NCBI GenBank assembly: GCA_026004595.1
Contig: BPJL01000006.1
Span: forward strand, 12,299 to 76,298
Origin: Patescibacteria group bacterium
GTDB taxonomy: Bacteria; Patescibacteriota; WWE3; UBA101185; UBA10185
Direction of reading: 5' to 3'
DNA length: 64,000 bases
Position numbers and translations under genes: made by a program. The first letter of the stretch is position 1; every line of letters starts with the position of its first letter. The notes under the pieces are model-generated. The model had not been told where the DNA came from. It did no database searches and was given only the letters and a program-made list of their open reading frames with translations. Positions 9,175 to 18,476 of the stretch are shown here, in pieces.

Positions 9175-10896
9175 CTAACGAACCTTAATAGTGTAACTTT
9201 TTCCGCTAAAGTCTTTCACCGCGAATTGATCTGCATTTTTTTCTAAATATATTGATGCTTTCTGACTTGGTGCTAAGATCTTTCCTTGCAAATCGTATAT
9301 AAAATATCCGCTGGTGTTATCTATAATGTATCTGGTCTGTCCTTGTATAAGTTTGATGGGGTTAAAATTAAGTGCTTTTTTAATGGTAATTTGCGGGGTG
9401 GCGTCGCTGTCGTTTTTCGATGTCGCTGCGAAATCAATGTCAACTAGTTTTTCATTGTCGGAATATCTGTATGCGCCAGCTGGGTAGGGATACTCTGAAC
9501 TTTTGCCTTTTATCACAAAAGCAAAGTGGTTGGTGTCAAGTTTAGTGAAATAGTCAGTACCGGATGTGGTTCCCCATGTAGGATCAACCTGAACCCAACC
9601 ATAGAACGGATCGTAGTATTCTGCCCATGAATGAAGGGTGTCCCCGCCTTTTAGACTTATTGAGATGGGTTTTTCAATATTATCATTTGTGAAAGCATAA
9701 CCCTCAATTTCTCGTGAAGGTATACCCATTGCTCTTAAGGTTCCCACAAATAGATCGGAAAACTCCATACATGTAAAAGACCCCCTTTGGGTAAGAGCTG
9801 CTACCGCGCCTTTTCTTTCAACTGTAGTGTTTTCAGCCGCAGAAGTATCATAGGTTAGGTTGGATGTTATATAGTCGTATACTCGTTTGGCATTTTGAGA
9901 TACGTTCAGCTCTGGATCAAAAAGTGAATCGGCAAAACTTTTTATTTCCTCATTTTTCGACTCCCAGTATTTTTGATTTTTTGCGTACTCTTTTACAAGC
10001 GACTTAGGCAAATTCTCAATTTTTCCACCTAAGTCGGTATTTATTTGCCGTCCAAGTATTTTTGCGGATCCTGTTAGGGTGATTTCCAATTTGCTTCTGG
10101 GTCCGACCCAAAACAGGGCAAGAGCATTCCCATCCCCATCAAGCCTGATCTTTCTTGGTCGGGGAGTAATGTTCTCGTATTTAACTTGTTGTATATTAAT
10201 TATATCCGGGGGAAGGGCTACTTCGTACACTGATCCGATTATTCTATTATTTTCCAGTTGGTATTTAATTCTAAAGTTTAACGATTGGTATTTGCCGAAT
10301 GCCGCGGTAATGCCTTTTGAAGGATAGTTTTCTTTTACGAACGTATATACCCTTTTCCCATCCTCGTATTTTTCGGTTGCTGGGTTCGGAGAGACAAAAA
10401 TTTTTGGCCCCATAGAGTCGGGGACGGAAAGTACGATATTGTAAATTGTTGTGGTTTCGGGAGCGTCTATCCCCTGTATATATATGTTCCACACATCTCC
10501 GACTTTTGAAGCTATTCCTTTTGTCTTGTAGGTGAGATTAACAATATTTTGCTTTCCCTCTCCAATTGAGTATGTTGAAAACGGAACAATAACTGTTGTT
10601 TCATCTTTTGAGGGATTTTCTTTTCTAACCTCGGCTTTTTTTCCATTTGTTTGAGCTATGATATCGTATATGTCCATATATTTTGTCTTAAAAGAATAGG
10701 TTGTTGGTACTACGTTATTTTTAAGACTAGTTATAATTGTGTTTTGGGTGACAAAGGTTTCTCCCGAGCTCTGCACGTCATATCTTATGTCGTAATTTAT
10801 TATGAAGTTTTCCTCGGTTTGAGAATAAGCGGATTTACCAAGTGCTGTAAGCAAAAATAGTGCAACTGCCGCCTTCAAAAAAGCGTTTTTAAACAT
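9175..10896 (-). CDS. Secreted transglutaminase-like (Cys-His-Asp) domain protein
   Basis: Signal peptide MFKNAFLKAAVALFLLTALGKSAYSQ. Core GSFTCMEFSDLFVGTLRAMGIPSREIEGYA ... HSWAEYYDP ... GWVQVDPTWG carries the transglutaminase-like catalytic triad. Confidence 0.7.
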   Translation of the reverse strand: MFKNAFLKAAVALFLLTALGKSAYSQTEENFIINYDIRYDVQSSGETFVTQNTIITSLKNNVVPTTYSFKTKYMDIYDIIAQTNGKKAEVRKENPSKDETTVIVPFSTYSIGEGKQNIVNLTYKTKGIASKVGDVWNIYIQGIDAPETTTIYNIVLSVPDSMGPKIFVSPNPATEKYEDGKRVYTFVKENYPSKGITAAFGKYQSLNFRIKYQLENNRIIGSVYEVALPPDIINIQQVKYENITPRPRKIRLDGDGNALALFWVGPRSKLEITLTGSAKILGRQINTDLGGKIENLPKSLVKEYAKNQKYWESKNEEIKSFADSLFDPELNVSQNAKRVYDYITSNLTYDTSAAENTTVERKGAVAALTQRGSFTCMEFSDLFVGTLRAMGIPSREIEGYAFTNDNIEKPISISLKGGDTLHSWAEYYDPFYGWVQVDPTWGTTSGTDYFTKLDTNHFAFVIKGKSSEYPYPAGAYRYSDNEKLVDIDFAATSKNDSDATPQITIKKALNFNPIKLIQGQTRYIIDNTSGYFIYDLQGKILAPSQKASIYLEKNADQFAVKDFSGKSYTIKVR

Positions 10897-10936
10897 GGGT
10901 AAATGCTACAATAACTTCGTGATTTCCTCAAATATT

Positions 10937-12286
10937 ATGGAAAAAGTCAAAAAGCTGCCTCAAACCCCAGGAGTCTACATCTACAAAGATAAAGGCGGGG
11001 AGGTTATATACGTGGGAAAAGCGAAAAATCTCAAATCTCGTGTGTCTTCGTATTTTCGGATTAATCTTGACCGCCGATCAAAAACATTCGCTCTGGCGCA
11101 AAATATCCACTCAATAGATTACATAAAAGTTGAAAGTGAGCTGGAGGCATTAATATTGGAGGCGGAACTCATTAAAAAATACCTGCCCATTTATAATGTA
11201 AATTTGAAAGATGACAAATCTTTTCTATACATTGGGATCAGAAATTCTAAGGAAAGTGTGGGAGGTAAAGTAATTTCTATCCCCACTGTTGAAACGTTTA
11301 GAAAAGGTAACGCCGAAAGATACAAGTATCGTTATGGTCCTTTTCCTGACGGCAAGACTGTTAAACAGTTAGTGAGGATGTTGAGAAGAATGTTTCCCTT
11401 TAAGGATTGCAGTACCTCGAAGTTTTGCAGATATAAGAAATTGAATACCCCCTGCCTGTGGGGGCACCTAAATTTGTGTCCAGCGCCATGTGTGTATGAA
11501 GAGGCAGTAATACCGGTTTGCAAAAGCAATATCAGATCTATTAAAAATATTCTTTCGGGGGGAACCAGCAGAATTATTGAAAAATACAACCGTCAAATGA
11601 AGAGATACGCCGCTGCCAGAGATTATGAGAGCGCGGCATCCTTGAGGGACCTGCTTCAGAGGTTTGAGTATGTCAGACAGTCGTTTCGTTTACCCAGAGA
11701 TTACATTGAAAATCCTTATCTTATCGATGATCTGGCCAAAGAGGCCCTTGAAAATATAATATCTTTTTTGCCATTTCTAAAAGAAATACCGACAAGAATA
11801 GAGTGCTATGATATTTCTAACATATCCGGTAAGGAAGCAGTAGGTTCTATGGTCACTGCGATTAACGGAAGGATAGATAAAAGCGGTTATAAGAGGTTCA
11901 GGATTAGGACAAAACAAACTCCCGACGATTTTTTAATGCTTTATGAAGTTCTGTATAGGAGGCTTTCGCACGAGACGGATGAAAAGAAAAAGAGCTGGGG
12001 GCTTCCTTCTTTAATAGTTTTGGACGGCGGGAAGGGGCAGCTTTCTTCGGGTCTTAAGGTTTTAGAAAAGTTGAATCTTGATGTTCCAATTATTGGTATT
12101 GCCAAACATCATGAAACAATAGTGTATAACGATAACGGGTTTCATGAAACCACTCCCGCCCTTGATCTGCCCGGTATGAGACTGCTTTTGAACTTAAGAG
12201 ATGAAAGCCACAGGTTTGCACAAAAATATCACCATGCCCTTCGTAGCAAGCAAGTATTTGGAAGGATAGTACAAAAGAAGCTATAA
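10937..12286 (+). CDS. uvrC: Excinuclease ABC subunit C (short form lacking the C-terminal HhH domain)
   Basis: GIY-YIG motif (GVYIYKDKGGEVIYVGKAKNLKSRVSSYF), C-terminal endonuclease motifs (LIVLDGGKGQL, RDESHRFA). Listed ORF begins at 10895; ATG at 10937 (MEKVKK) avoids overlap with the divergent gene. Confidence 0.9.
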   Translation: MEKVKKLPQTPGVYIYKDKGGEVIYVGKAKNLKSRVSSYFRINLDRRSKTFALAQNIHSIDYIKVESELEALILEAELIKKYLPIYNVNLKDDKSFLYIGIRNSKESVGGKVISIPTVETFRKGNAERYKYRYGPFPDGKTVKQLVRMLRRMFPFKDCSTSKFCRYKKLNTPCLWGHLNLCPAPCVYEEAVIPVCKSNIRSIKNILSGGTSRIIEKYNRQMKRYAAARDYESAASLRDLLQRFEYVRQSFRLPRDYIENPYLIDDLAKEALENIISFLPFLKEIPTRIECYDISNISGKEAVGSMVTAINGRIDKSGYKRFRIRTKQTPDDFLMLYEVLYRRLSHETDEKKKSWGLPSLIVLDGGKGQLSSGLKVLEKLNLDVPIIGIAKHHETIVYNDNGFHETTPALDLPGMRLLLNLRDESHRFAQKYHHALRSKQVFGRIVQKKL

Positions 12287-12294
12287 TTTAGGAT

Positions 12295-12705
12295 ATGCGA
12301 GGCATTATCAGGACCTTTGTATTCGTGCTTATTTCAATTTTTTGCACAAACTATGTTTTGTCGTCTATTAGTTACGGAGGGGATACAAAGACCTTCTTGG
12401 TTATGTCCTTGACCCTCGCCTTTCTATTTTATTTATCTAAACCTTTGTTGATTACCTTTGGTCTGCCCGGAAGAGGGATCGGATTTTTATTTATCAGCAC
12501 AATTCTGGCTTCTATTTGTTTGTATGTGCTTACCATATTTTTACCGCAGCTTATGATGACTGAAGCGACTCTATCTGGTTTGATTATTTTCGGTGTTGTG
12601 CTACCATCAAAAAGTTTAAATGCCTTTTGGTCAACGGTTTTTTCTGCTTTTCTTATTGCCGGGGTATTTACTTTTCTGGACTGGCTCTGCTGTTCAAAAA
12701 AGTAA
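12295..12705 (+). CDS. Hypothetical membrane protein (4 TM)
   Basis: ORF with four hydrophobic segments, no recognisable motif. Confidence 0.4.
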   Translation: MRGIIRTFVFVLISIFCTNYVLSSISYGGDTKTFLVMSLTLAFLFYLSKPLLITFGLPGRGIGFLFISTILASICLYVLTIFLPQLMMTEATLSGLIIFGVVLPSKSLNAFWSTVFSAFLIAGVFTFLDWLCCSKK

Positions 12706-12735
12706 TTTTTATCGCTGGAATTAGGAGCAAAAATT

Positions 12736-12951
12736 ATGGCAATACTAAAGACAAGTCAAATAATAATCAGCATCCTTTTAGTTATTCTAATATTAATACA
12801 AACAAAAAATGCGGGATTGGCATCTGGGCTAAAAAACTCTTTTACGACCTACAGATCGCTGAGGGGAGTAGAGAAAGCGGTTTTTATTCTTACTGCGATA
12901 CTAGGTGTCGTTCTCGTAGTAAATTCCTTTCTGCTAATAACACTATCTTAA
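12736..12951 (+). CDS. secG: Preprotein translocase subunit SecG (probable)
   Basis: 71 aa, two TM helices, SecG-like LVILILIQTKNAGLASGL ... TYRSLRGVEKAVFILTAILGVVLVVNSFLL. Confidence 0.55.
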   Translation: MAILKTSQIIISILLVILILIQTKNAGLASGLKNSFTTYRSLRGVEKAVFILTAILGVVLVVNSFLLITLS

Positions 12952-12952
12952 T

Positions 12953-14284
12953 ATGAGACCGGTTATTATAGAAGGAGGTCATCCGCTTTTAGGCACCGTC
13001 GCTGTGTCGGGGGCTAGAAACTCTGCTTTGAAATTGATGGCCGCAGCAATGCTCTCAAATGATGATGTTACTCTCCAAAATGTTCCAAGAACCGAAGCCA
13101 TTGAAGATGATATGAAGATGATAAGAGCAATAGGGGGAAGAGTAGATTGGGCTGGTGCAGGCCGCTTAATCCTAAATGGAAGTGAAATTTCTTCATACGA
13201 AGTACCGTTAGAAATCGGCTCAAGGTACAGAACTTCCATATTGATGGCGCCTCCCCTGCTGTTTAGGTTCGGAAGAGCTTCTATTCCAAAAAACAAAGCA
13301 GGTACCGAACCTCGAAGGCCTATAAACAGGATAATAGATGCTTGGAAAAATTTGGGGATAGTTGTGGAGGAAGATGAGAAATACTATTTTATATCATGTG
13401 AGAAAGTGGCAGCTGGTCATGTAAGCTTCAAAAGGCCTAGCCATCTATCAACTGATGCGCTGATATTGACAGCTTCTTTTTTGCCCGGCACCACAGAAAT
13501 AAATAATGCTTCCGAGGAAAGCGAGATAGATGATTTGATCGAGTTGGTGAATAGGATGGGAGGAGATGTTGCGAGGAGTGAGCCAGGGGTAATAAAAATA
13601 AAGGGTGCCAACATTTTTAAAGAAGCAACGATGGATGTTCAACCTGACAAGACAGAGGCGGCTATTTTTTGCACTGCCGCTTTGATAACGAAAGGAAACA
13701 TAGTGATAAATAATGTAGATAGAAATGTAATGGTGCCGATGGTAAATTTTCTAACAAAAATTGGTGCCCGATATGAGTTTGAGCAGAATGCAATTAAAGT
13801 TTGGAGGCATGATGAACAACTGAAGGCTGTTAACCTCACAATTGCTCAAACTCCCGGTTTCATACCTGATTGGCAATCAATTGCAACTCTATTGTTGACG
13901 CAATGCGAAGGTACGGCTTATGTTCATGATACGGTATACACAGATCGTTTTGAGTATATAAAGGATTTGAATCGAATGGGTGCTAAAATTGAGCTGATGA
14001 GACCCTCGGATGCTGGGATTGCACCGGTAATAAGTGACGATACCTACGATCTCTCTGTTTTAGGAGAACCTTATACCGTTGCCAAGACAGAAGGACCGGT
14101 TAAGTTGAAAAGCGGGAAACTTGATATTCCCGATTACAGGTACGGAGCGGTTCATATTTTGGCAGCGCTGATCGCAGAGGGTAGAAGCGAGGTTAGTGGT
14201 ATAGAAAACATAGAGTCGCATATAGAAAATTTTAGAATGAAGCTAACAAATTTAGGAGCGAAAATATGGAATCAATGGGAATAA
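12953..14284 (+). CDS. murA: UDP-N-acetylglucosamine 1-carboxyvinyltransferase
   Basis: EPSP-synthase fold; N-terminal IEGGHPLLGTVAVSGARNSALKLMAAAML pattern of MurA. Confidence 0.9.
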   Translation: MRPVIIEGGHPLLGTVAVSGARNSALKLMAAAMLSNDDVTLQNVPRTEAIEDDMKMIRAIGGRVDWAGAGRLILNGSEISSYEVPLEIGSRYRTSILMAPPLLFRFGRASIPKNKAGTEPRRPINRIIDAWKNLGIVVEEDEKYYFISCEKVAAGHVSFKRPSHLSTDALILTASFLPGTTEINNASEESEIDDLIELVNRMGGDVARSEPGVIKIKGANIFKEATMDVQPDKTEAAIFCTAALITKGNIVINNVDRNVMVPMVNFLTKIGARYEFEQNAIKVWRHDEQLKAVNLTIAQTPGFIPDWQSIATLLLTQCEGTAYVHDTVYTDRFEYIKDLNRMGAKIELMRPSDAGIAPVISDDTYDLSVLGEPYTVAKTEGPVKLKSGKLDIPDYRYGAVHILAALIAEGRSEVSGIENIESHIENFRMKLTNLGAKIWNQWE

Positions 14285-15369
14285 TGCTGGATCTTTTATT
14301 TTTGTTTGGTGCTGGTTTTCTTTCATTTCTTTTGTACCCTGTTTGGATAAATCTGGTATACAAGTTTCAGATGGGAGAAGAAGTTCGCGAAGATGCTCCC
14401 AAAACCCATCAAATTAAGATGGGAACCCCGACCATGGGGGGTTTGGTTTTTGTTTCAGTTGTGGCCGTAATAACTCTTTTGTTAAATCGCTCTAGAAATC
14501 AAACCTTACTTCCTATATTTATCGCTCTTTTATCAGGGTTGCTTGGGATGGTTGAGGATTTTACTAAGGTTTATAAAAAATCAGGATTGCCGGGGTTTTT
14601 TGAGTACCACTTTGGTGGGATTTTCAGAAAGAGAGATGCACGTCCAAGAGGGATTTTGAGTCTTGTATTGAAACCTTGGGAGTATTTCAAAGGTTTTTGG
14701 AGAGTTGTCGGTAGCACAGACGCAAGCGGAATACAAACCTATAAAAAATTTATAGTTCAGGCTTTAATCGGGGGTTTTGTCGCTTATTGGGTTTATTTCA
14801 AATTGGGTTGGGATTATATCTGGTTTCCTTTGATAGGAGATGTACATATAGGGGCTTTTTATCCCTTTGTTGTCTTTCTGTTATTTATTGTGATATTAAA
14901 TGCCGTAGCGTTTACGGATGGTTTGGATGGTTTAGCAGGGGGTCTTTCACTAATGGCGTTTCTATCCTTTTGGGTAGTTTCCAGGGTCCTTGATTACAAC
15001 TCAATAGCTGTTTTTTGCGCCACATTTGTAGGGGCTCTTCTGCCTTTTTTGTATTTTAATATATACCCGGCTAGGATATTTATGGGAAACGTGGGCTCGC
15101 ATGTTCTTGGCGGCACTCTTGCTCTATTGGCAGTTATACTCCACCGCGAAATAGCTTTTTTGGTGATTGGGGCGGTTTTCCTGTTTGATGGAATAACCAG
15201 CCCTCTTCAGCAACTATCAGTTAAGTTGACGGGAAAGAGAATATTTCGTTTCGCTCCGATTCACCACCACTTTGAACTCATGGGGTGGCCTGAAACGAAA
15301 GTAACTTTAAGATTTTGGTTGTTCGGGGCGTTTTTTGCTTTTGCCGGAATATTCATTGCCCTCATGTAG
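14266..15369 (+). CDS. mraY: Phospho-N-acetylmuramoyl-pentapeptide transferase
   Basis: NAVAFTDGLDGLAGG and HHHFELMGW motifs, about 10 TM. Confidence 0.9.
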   Translation: MESMGIMLDLLFLFGAGFLSFLLYPVWINLVYKFQMGEEVREDAPKTHQIKMGTPTMGGLVFVSVVAVITLLLNRSRNQTLLPIFIALLSGLLGMVEDFTKVYKKSGLPGFFEYHFGGIFRKRDARPRGILSLVLKPWEYFKGFWRVVGSTDASGIQTYKKFIVQALIGGFVAYWVYFKLGWDYIWFPLIGDVHIGAFYPFVVFLLFIVILNAVAFTDGLDGLAGGLSLMAFLSFWVVSRVLDYNSIAVFCATFVGALLPFLYFNIYPARIFMGNVGSHVLGGTLALLAVILHREIAFLVIGAVFLFDGITSPLQQLSVKLTGKRIFRFAPIHHHFELMGWPETKVTLRFWLFGAFFAFAGIFIALM

Positions 15370-15378
15370 TGGGAAAAT

Positions 15379-16545
15379 ATGAAACTCAACCCTGTCCCCA
15401 AACATTCTTATAGAGATAGATCATTCGTCTATATTATTCTTGCATTCCTTCTGTTTGGGATAGTAATAATTGCTGATTCAACAATTATCCACTCGGATAC
15501 TTTATATAACGACCCCTATAGATTTGTTTTCCTGCAGATTGGTTGGGTTGTGATGGGTTTAGCGGGTTTTTTCTTCTTTTACAAACATGACTACAAGAAG
15601 ATAGACAAAATTGCTATTTTGCTGCTCACGCTAAACATCATATTTTTGATTTTACTTGCCTTTGTGGCCTTCCTTCCTTGTTCGACTAATATTTTTTTTG
15701 CCCCATGCATAAATGGTGCAAACAGATGGTTTTTTTTAAATGCTCCTCCTCTGCCTAAAATACCGATATTAGGGGTGGTCGGTTTTCAGCCTGGAGAAAT
15801 GGCAAAGCTAACCCTTGTTATGTATTTGGGGGTCATTCTTCCTAAGAAAATGCAGGAGAATAGACATGTCTTTGAGGTCTACGCCGGAGTAACTGCTCTT
15901 CTTTTTCTTTTAATAATGGCACAGCCTAACATGTCCACTGCGGTTATGGTAGCGGCAATTGGTACGATAGTTTACTATTCCTCCGGGGCTTCGATAAAAC
16001 CTCTTTTGACCGCTGCTCCTGTTTTTATAATTCTAGGGGCTCTTCTTGTAATAAGCTCCCCATATAGGAGGGAGAGACTTTTGACTCAAATAAAGGGATC
16101 GGATGTAAGTGATAAAGATCAGGGGTACCACATAAACCAAATTCAGATTGCTTTGGGCTCAGGAGGTTTATTTGGAGTAGGTTTTGGGCAATCTCGTCAA
16201 AAATATTATTATCTTCCCGAGGTTGCTTCAGACTCGATCTTTGCGATAATCGGTGAGGAGTTTGGTTTTATAGGTACGGTTCTCGTGATACTGGCTTTTT
16301 CGTATTTGATATATAGAGGATTTAGAATTGCTAAAAACGCTAAATCGCTTCGAGGTAGGTTGTTGGCTACCGGAATAGTATCTTGGGTAGGGTTGCAGTT
16401 TTTTGTGAATGTGGGAGCAATGACTCAAATCCTCCCTTTAACTGGAGTTCCAATACCTCTTATATCTTATGGCGGTTCGAGCATGGTTTTTAGTTTGATG
16501 GGCCTTGGTATTTTAGCTAATATTGGAAAGGAAGCTTCTGTATGA
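15379..16545 (+). CDS. ftsW: SEDS-family peptidoglycan glycosyltransferase FtsW/RodA
   Basis: LGSGGLFGVGFGQSRQKYYYLPEVASDSIFAIIGEEFGFIGT signature; position between mraY and murG. Confidence 0.85.
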   Translation: MKLNPVPKHSYRDRSFVYIILAFLLFGIVIIADSTIIHSDTLYNDPYRFVFLQIGWVVMGLAGFFFFYKHDYKKIDKIAILLLTLNIIFLILLAFVAFLPCSTNIFFAPCINGANRWFFLNAPPLPKIPILGVVGFQPGEMAKLTLVMYLGVILPKKMQENRHVFEVYAGVTALLFLLIMAQPNMSTAVMVAAIGTIVYYSSGASIKPLLTAAPVFIILGALLVISSPYRRERLLTQIKGSDVSDKDQGYHINQIQIALGSGGLFGVGFGQSRQKYYYLPEVASDSIFAIIGEEFGFIGTVLVILAFSYLIYRGFRIAKNAKSLRGRLLATGIVSWVGLQFFVNVGAMTQILPLTGVPIPLISYGGSSMVFSLMGLGILANIGKEASV

Positions 16546-17657
16546 AGGTAGTAATAACAGGAGGACATCATAGCTCGGCCCTGCCGGTAATAGAGCAATT
16601 TAAGATCAAATATCCCGATACGGAGATCTATTGGTTTGGGCACAGGTTTTCAATGAAAGGTGATAAAAACGATACGTTGGAGTACAGGGAGGTGATTGCG
16701 CTGGGTATCCCGTTTTACGATCTAAAGGCTGGAAAGGTTTATAAAACGTTTAATTTGGTCAGACTTTTGCGGGTGCCTTTTGGTTTCTTTCAAGCTTTAT
16801 GTTGGCTTAAAAAAATTAAACCGGATGTGATCTTGTCTTTTGGCGGCTATCTTGCAGTACCCACGGTTATTGCAGGATGGCTCCTTGGAATTCCCTCTAT
16901 AACCCACGAACAGACGGTTGTTGTAGGATACGCAAACAAAGTAATCTCGATATTTGCAAAGAAAATTTGTGTAGGCTGGAGAGAATCGGAAAAATTTTTT
17001 CCTGCAGACAAGGTTGTTTATTCCGGGGTGCCTATTAGGAACGCTGTTTTTGAAAAGAGATCCAGTTCGTTTGAGGTGGGAAACAACCTTCCGTTTATTT
17101 ATATAACTGCAGGAAAGACAGGTTCGCATTTGTTGAATGAGATTATTAAAGAGGCTCTTCCTGAACTCCTTTCTTTTGCAAATGTTATACACCAGTGCGG
17201 GGACAATTCAAGATACAATGATTATGACCAACTGGCAGAGATATACAACCAGGTTGCAAATCTTTCGGAAGGCAAATATTTCCTAAGAAGATTTGTGCTT
17301 TATGATGAGATCGGTGAGGCTTTCAACCGCGCTTGTTTGGTGGTATCTCGTTCAGGCGCCCATACTGTAACGGAGCTTTTGGCGCTGGAAAAACCCGCCC
17401 TTCTTATACCCATTCCATGGGTTAGCCACAACGAACAATGGGAAAACGCAAATATGTTGAAAAAGTACGGTTTGGCCGAAATACTTGAGGAAAAGGACAT
17501 AAGCGAGGAAGCCCTTTTAATATGCATAAAAAAAATGCTCGCTAACCTTTCCAGCTATAAATTAATAGACGATCAAGCTCGTAAGCTGGTTAATTTGAGC
17601 GCCGGGGAAATCATTGCCGATGAAACATTTAAACTTGCGAAAAGAGATAATAAGTAG
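16542..17657 (+). CDS. murG: Undecaprenyl-PP-MurNAc-pentapeptide UDP-GlcNAc transferase
   Basis: GT28 family: N-terminal GGHHSSALPV, C-terminal GAHTVTELLALEKPALLIP. Confidence 0.9.
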   Translation: MKVVITGGHHSSALPVIEQFKIKYPDTEIYWFGHRFSMKGDKNDTLEYREVIALGIPFYDLKAGKVYKTFNLVRLLRVPFGFFQALCWLKKIKPDVILSFGGYLAVPTVIAGWLLGIPSITHEQTVVVGYANKVISIFAKKICVGWRESEKFFPADKVVYSGVPIRNAVFEKRSSSFEVGNNLPFIYITAGKTGSHLLNEIIKEALPELLSFANVIHQCGDNSRYNDYDQLAEIYNQVANLSEGKYFLRRFVLYDEIGEAFNRACLVVSRSGAHTVTELLALEKPALLIPIPWVSHNEQWENANMLKKYGLAEILEEKDISEEALLICIKKMLANLSSYKLIDDQARKLVNLSAGEIIADETFKLAKRDNK

Positions 17658-18462
17658 GGGCCCCGTGCAAACGAGCGGAAACGATCTTCTCTTGAGGAAA
17701 ATACAAAAGCGGCGAAGAGGTGTAAAAAGTCCTAGAGTAGTGGCAAGGAAGTATAGAACCCCCTTAAGAATGCTTATAGCGGCCGTAGCTTTATCTTTAG
17801 CGGTCTATTTTTCTTATAAGTATATATATATGAACCCGAAGTTTTCAGTTAAAAATGTTTTGGTAATAGGAGGAGGCAAATTTGTTAACGAGGAAGATTT
17901 TACAAACATTTCAAGACAAAAATTTGTTGGTAGAAGCATTTTCTCTATAAACATCCAAGAATCCGCAGCTAATCTGAAAAACAATTTTTTGGGAGCAAGA
18001 AACGTTGAGATATCTAAAGATTATCCCGATTCAATAGTTGTAAAAATAGAGGAAAGAATTCCTGTAGCCTTAATCAGATCCTCCGAGGGTAAATTTTATT
18101 ATCTAATAGACAAGGAAGGTTATGTGCTGGGGGAGGTATCGGACGAGTTTATGGATCTTCCAAAAATAATTTATGATGGCGATATAAGAGTCGGATCGTT
18201 CATAAACGATAAAATAGTGCCTGTGAGCATTGAAATTTTGTCCGAGGCAGGAAAGGCTGGATTAGATGTGAGTAGTGTGAGTTTCAAGGAGAGATACTCC
18301 AAGTTATATCTAGGTCCTACAGAGGTTTACATAAGCAATATGAAAGATATTAAGCAGTCTGTTTCGGCCCTTGGGAAACTCTACAAAAACCTACTTCTTC
18401 AGGGAAAGTTAGTAACTAAAATTGATTTACGATATGATAAAGTAATAGTATCATATGAGTAG
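17614..18462 (+). CDS. ftsQ: Cell division protein FtsQ/DivIB (POTRA domain)
   Basis: Basic cytoplasmic N-terminus, single TM (MLIAAVALSLAVYFSY), periplasmic POTRA-like region, immediately upstream of ftsA. Start uncertain (overlaps murG by 44 nt). Confidence 0.6.
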   Translation: MPMKHLNLRKEIISRGPVQTSGNDLLLRKIQKRRRGVKSPRVVARKYRTPLRMLIAAVALSLAVYFSYKYIYMNPKFSVKNVLVIGGGKFVNEEDFTNISRQKFVGRSIFSINIQESAANLKNNFLGARNVEISKDYPDSIVVKIEERIPVALIRSSEGKFYYLIDKEGYVLGEVSDEFMDLPKIIYDGDIRVGSFINDKIVPVSIEILSEAGKAGLDVSSVSFKERYSKLYLGPTEVYISNMKDIKQSVSALGKLYKNLLLQGKLVTKIDLRYDKVIVSYE

Positions 18463-18476
18463 CTTTTAACTTCATT

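Noticed and set aside
12627-12956. Listed + ORF of 109 aa overlapping secG
   Set aside because: Low-complexity N/K-rich translation; the SecG-like frame (12736-12951) is the coherent one.
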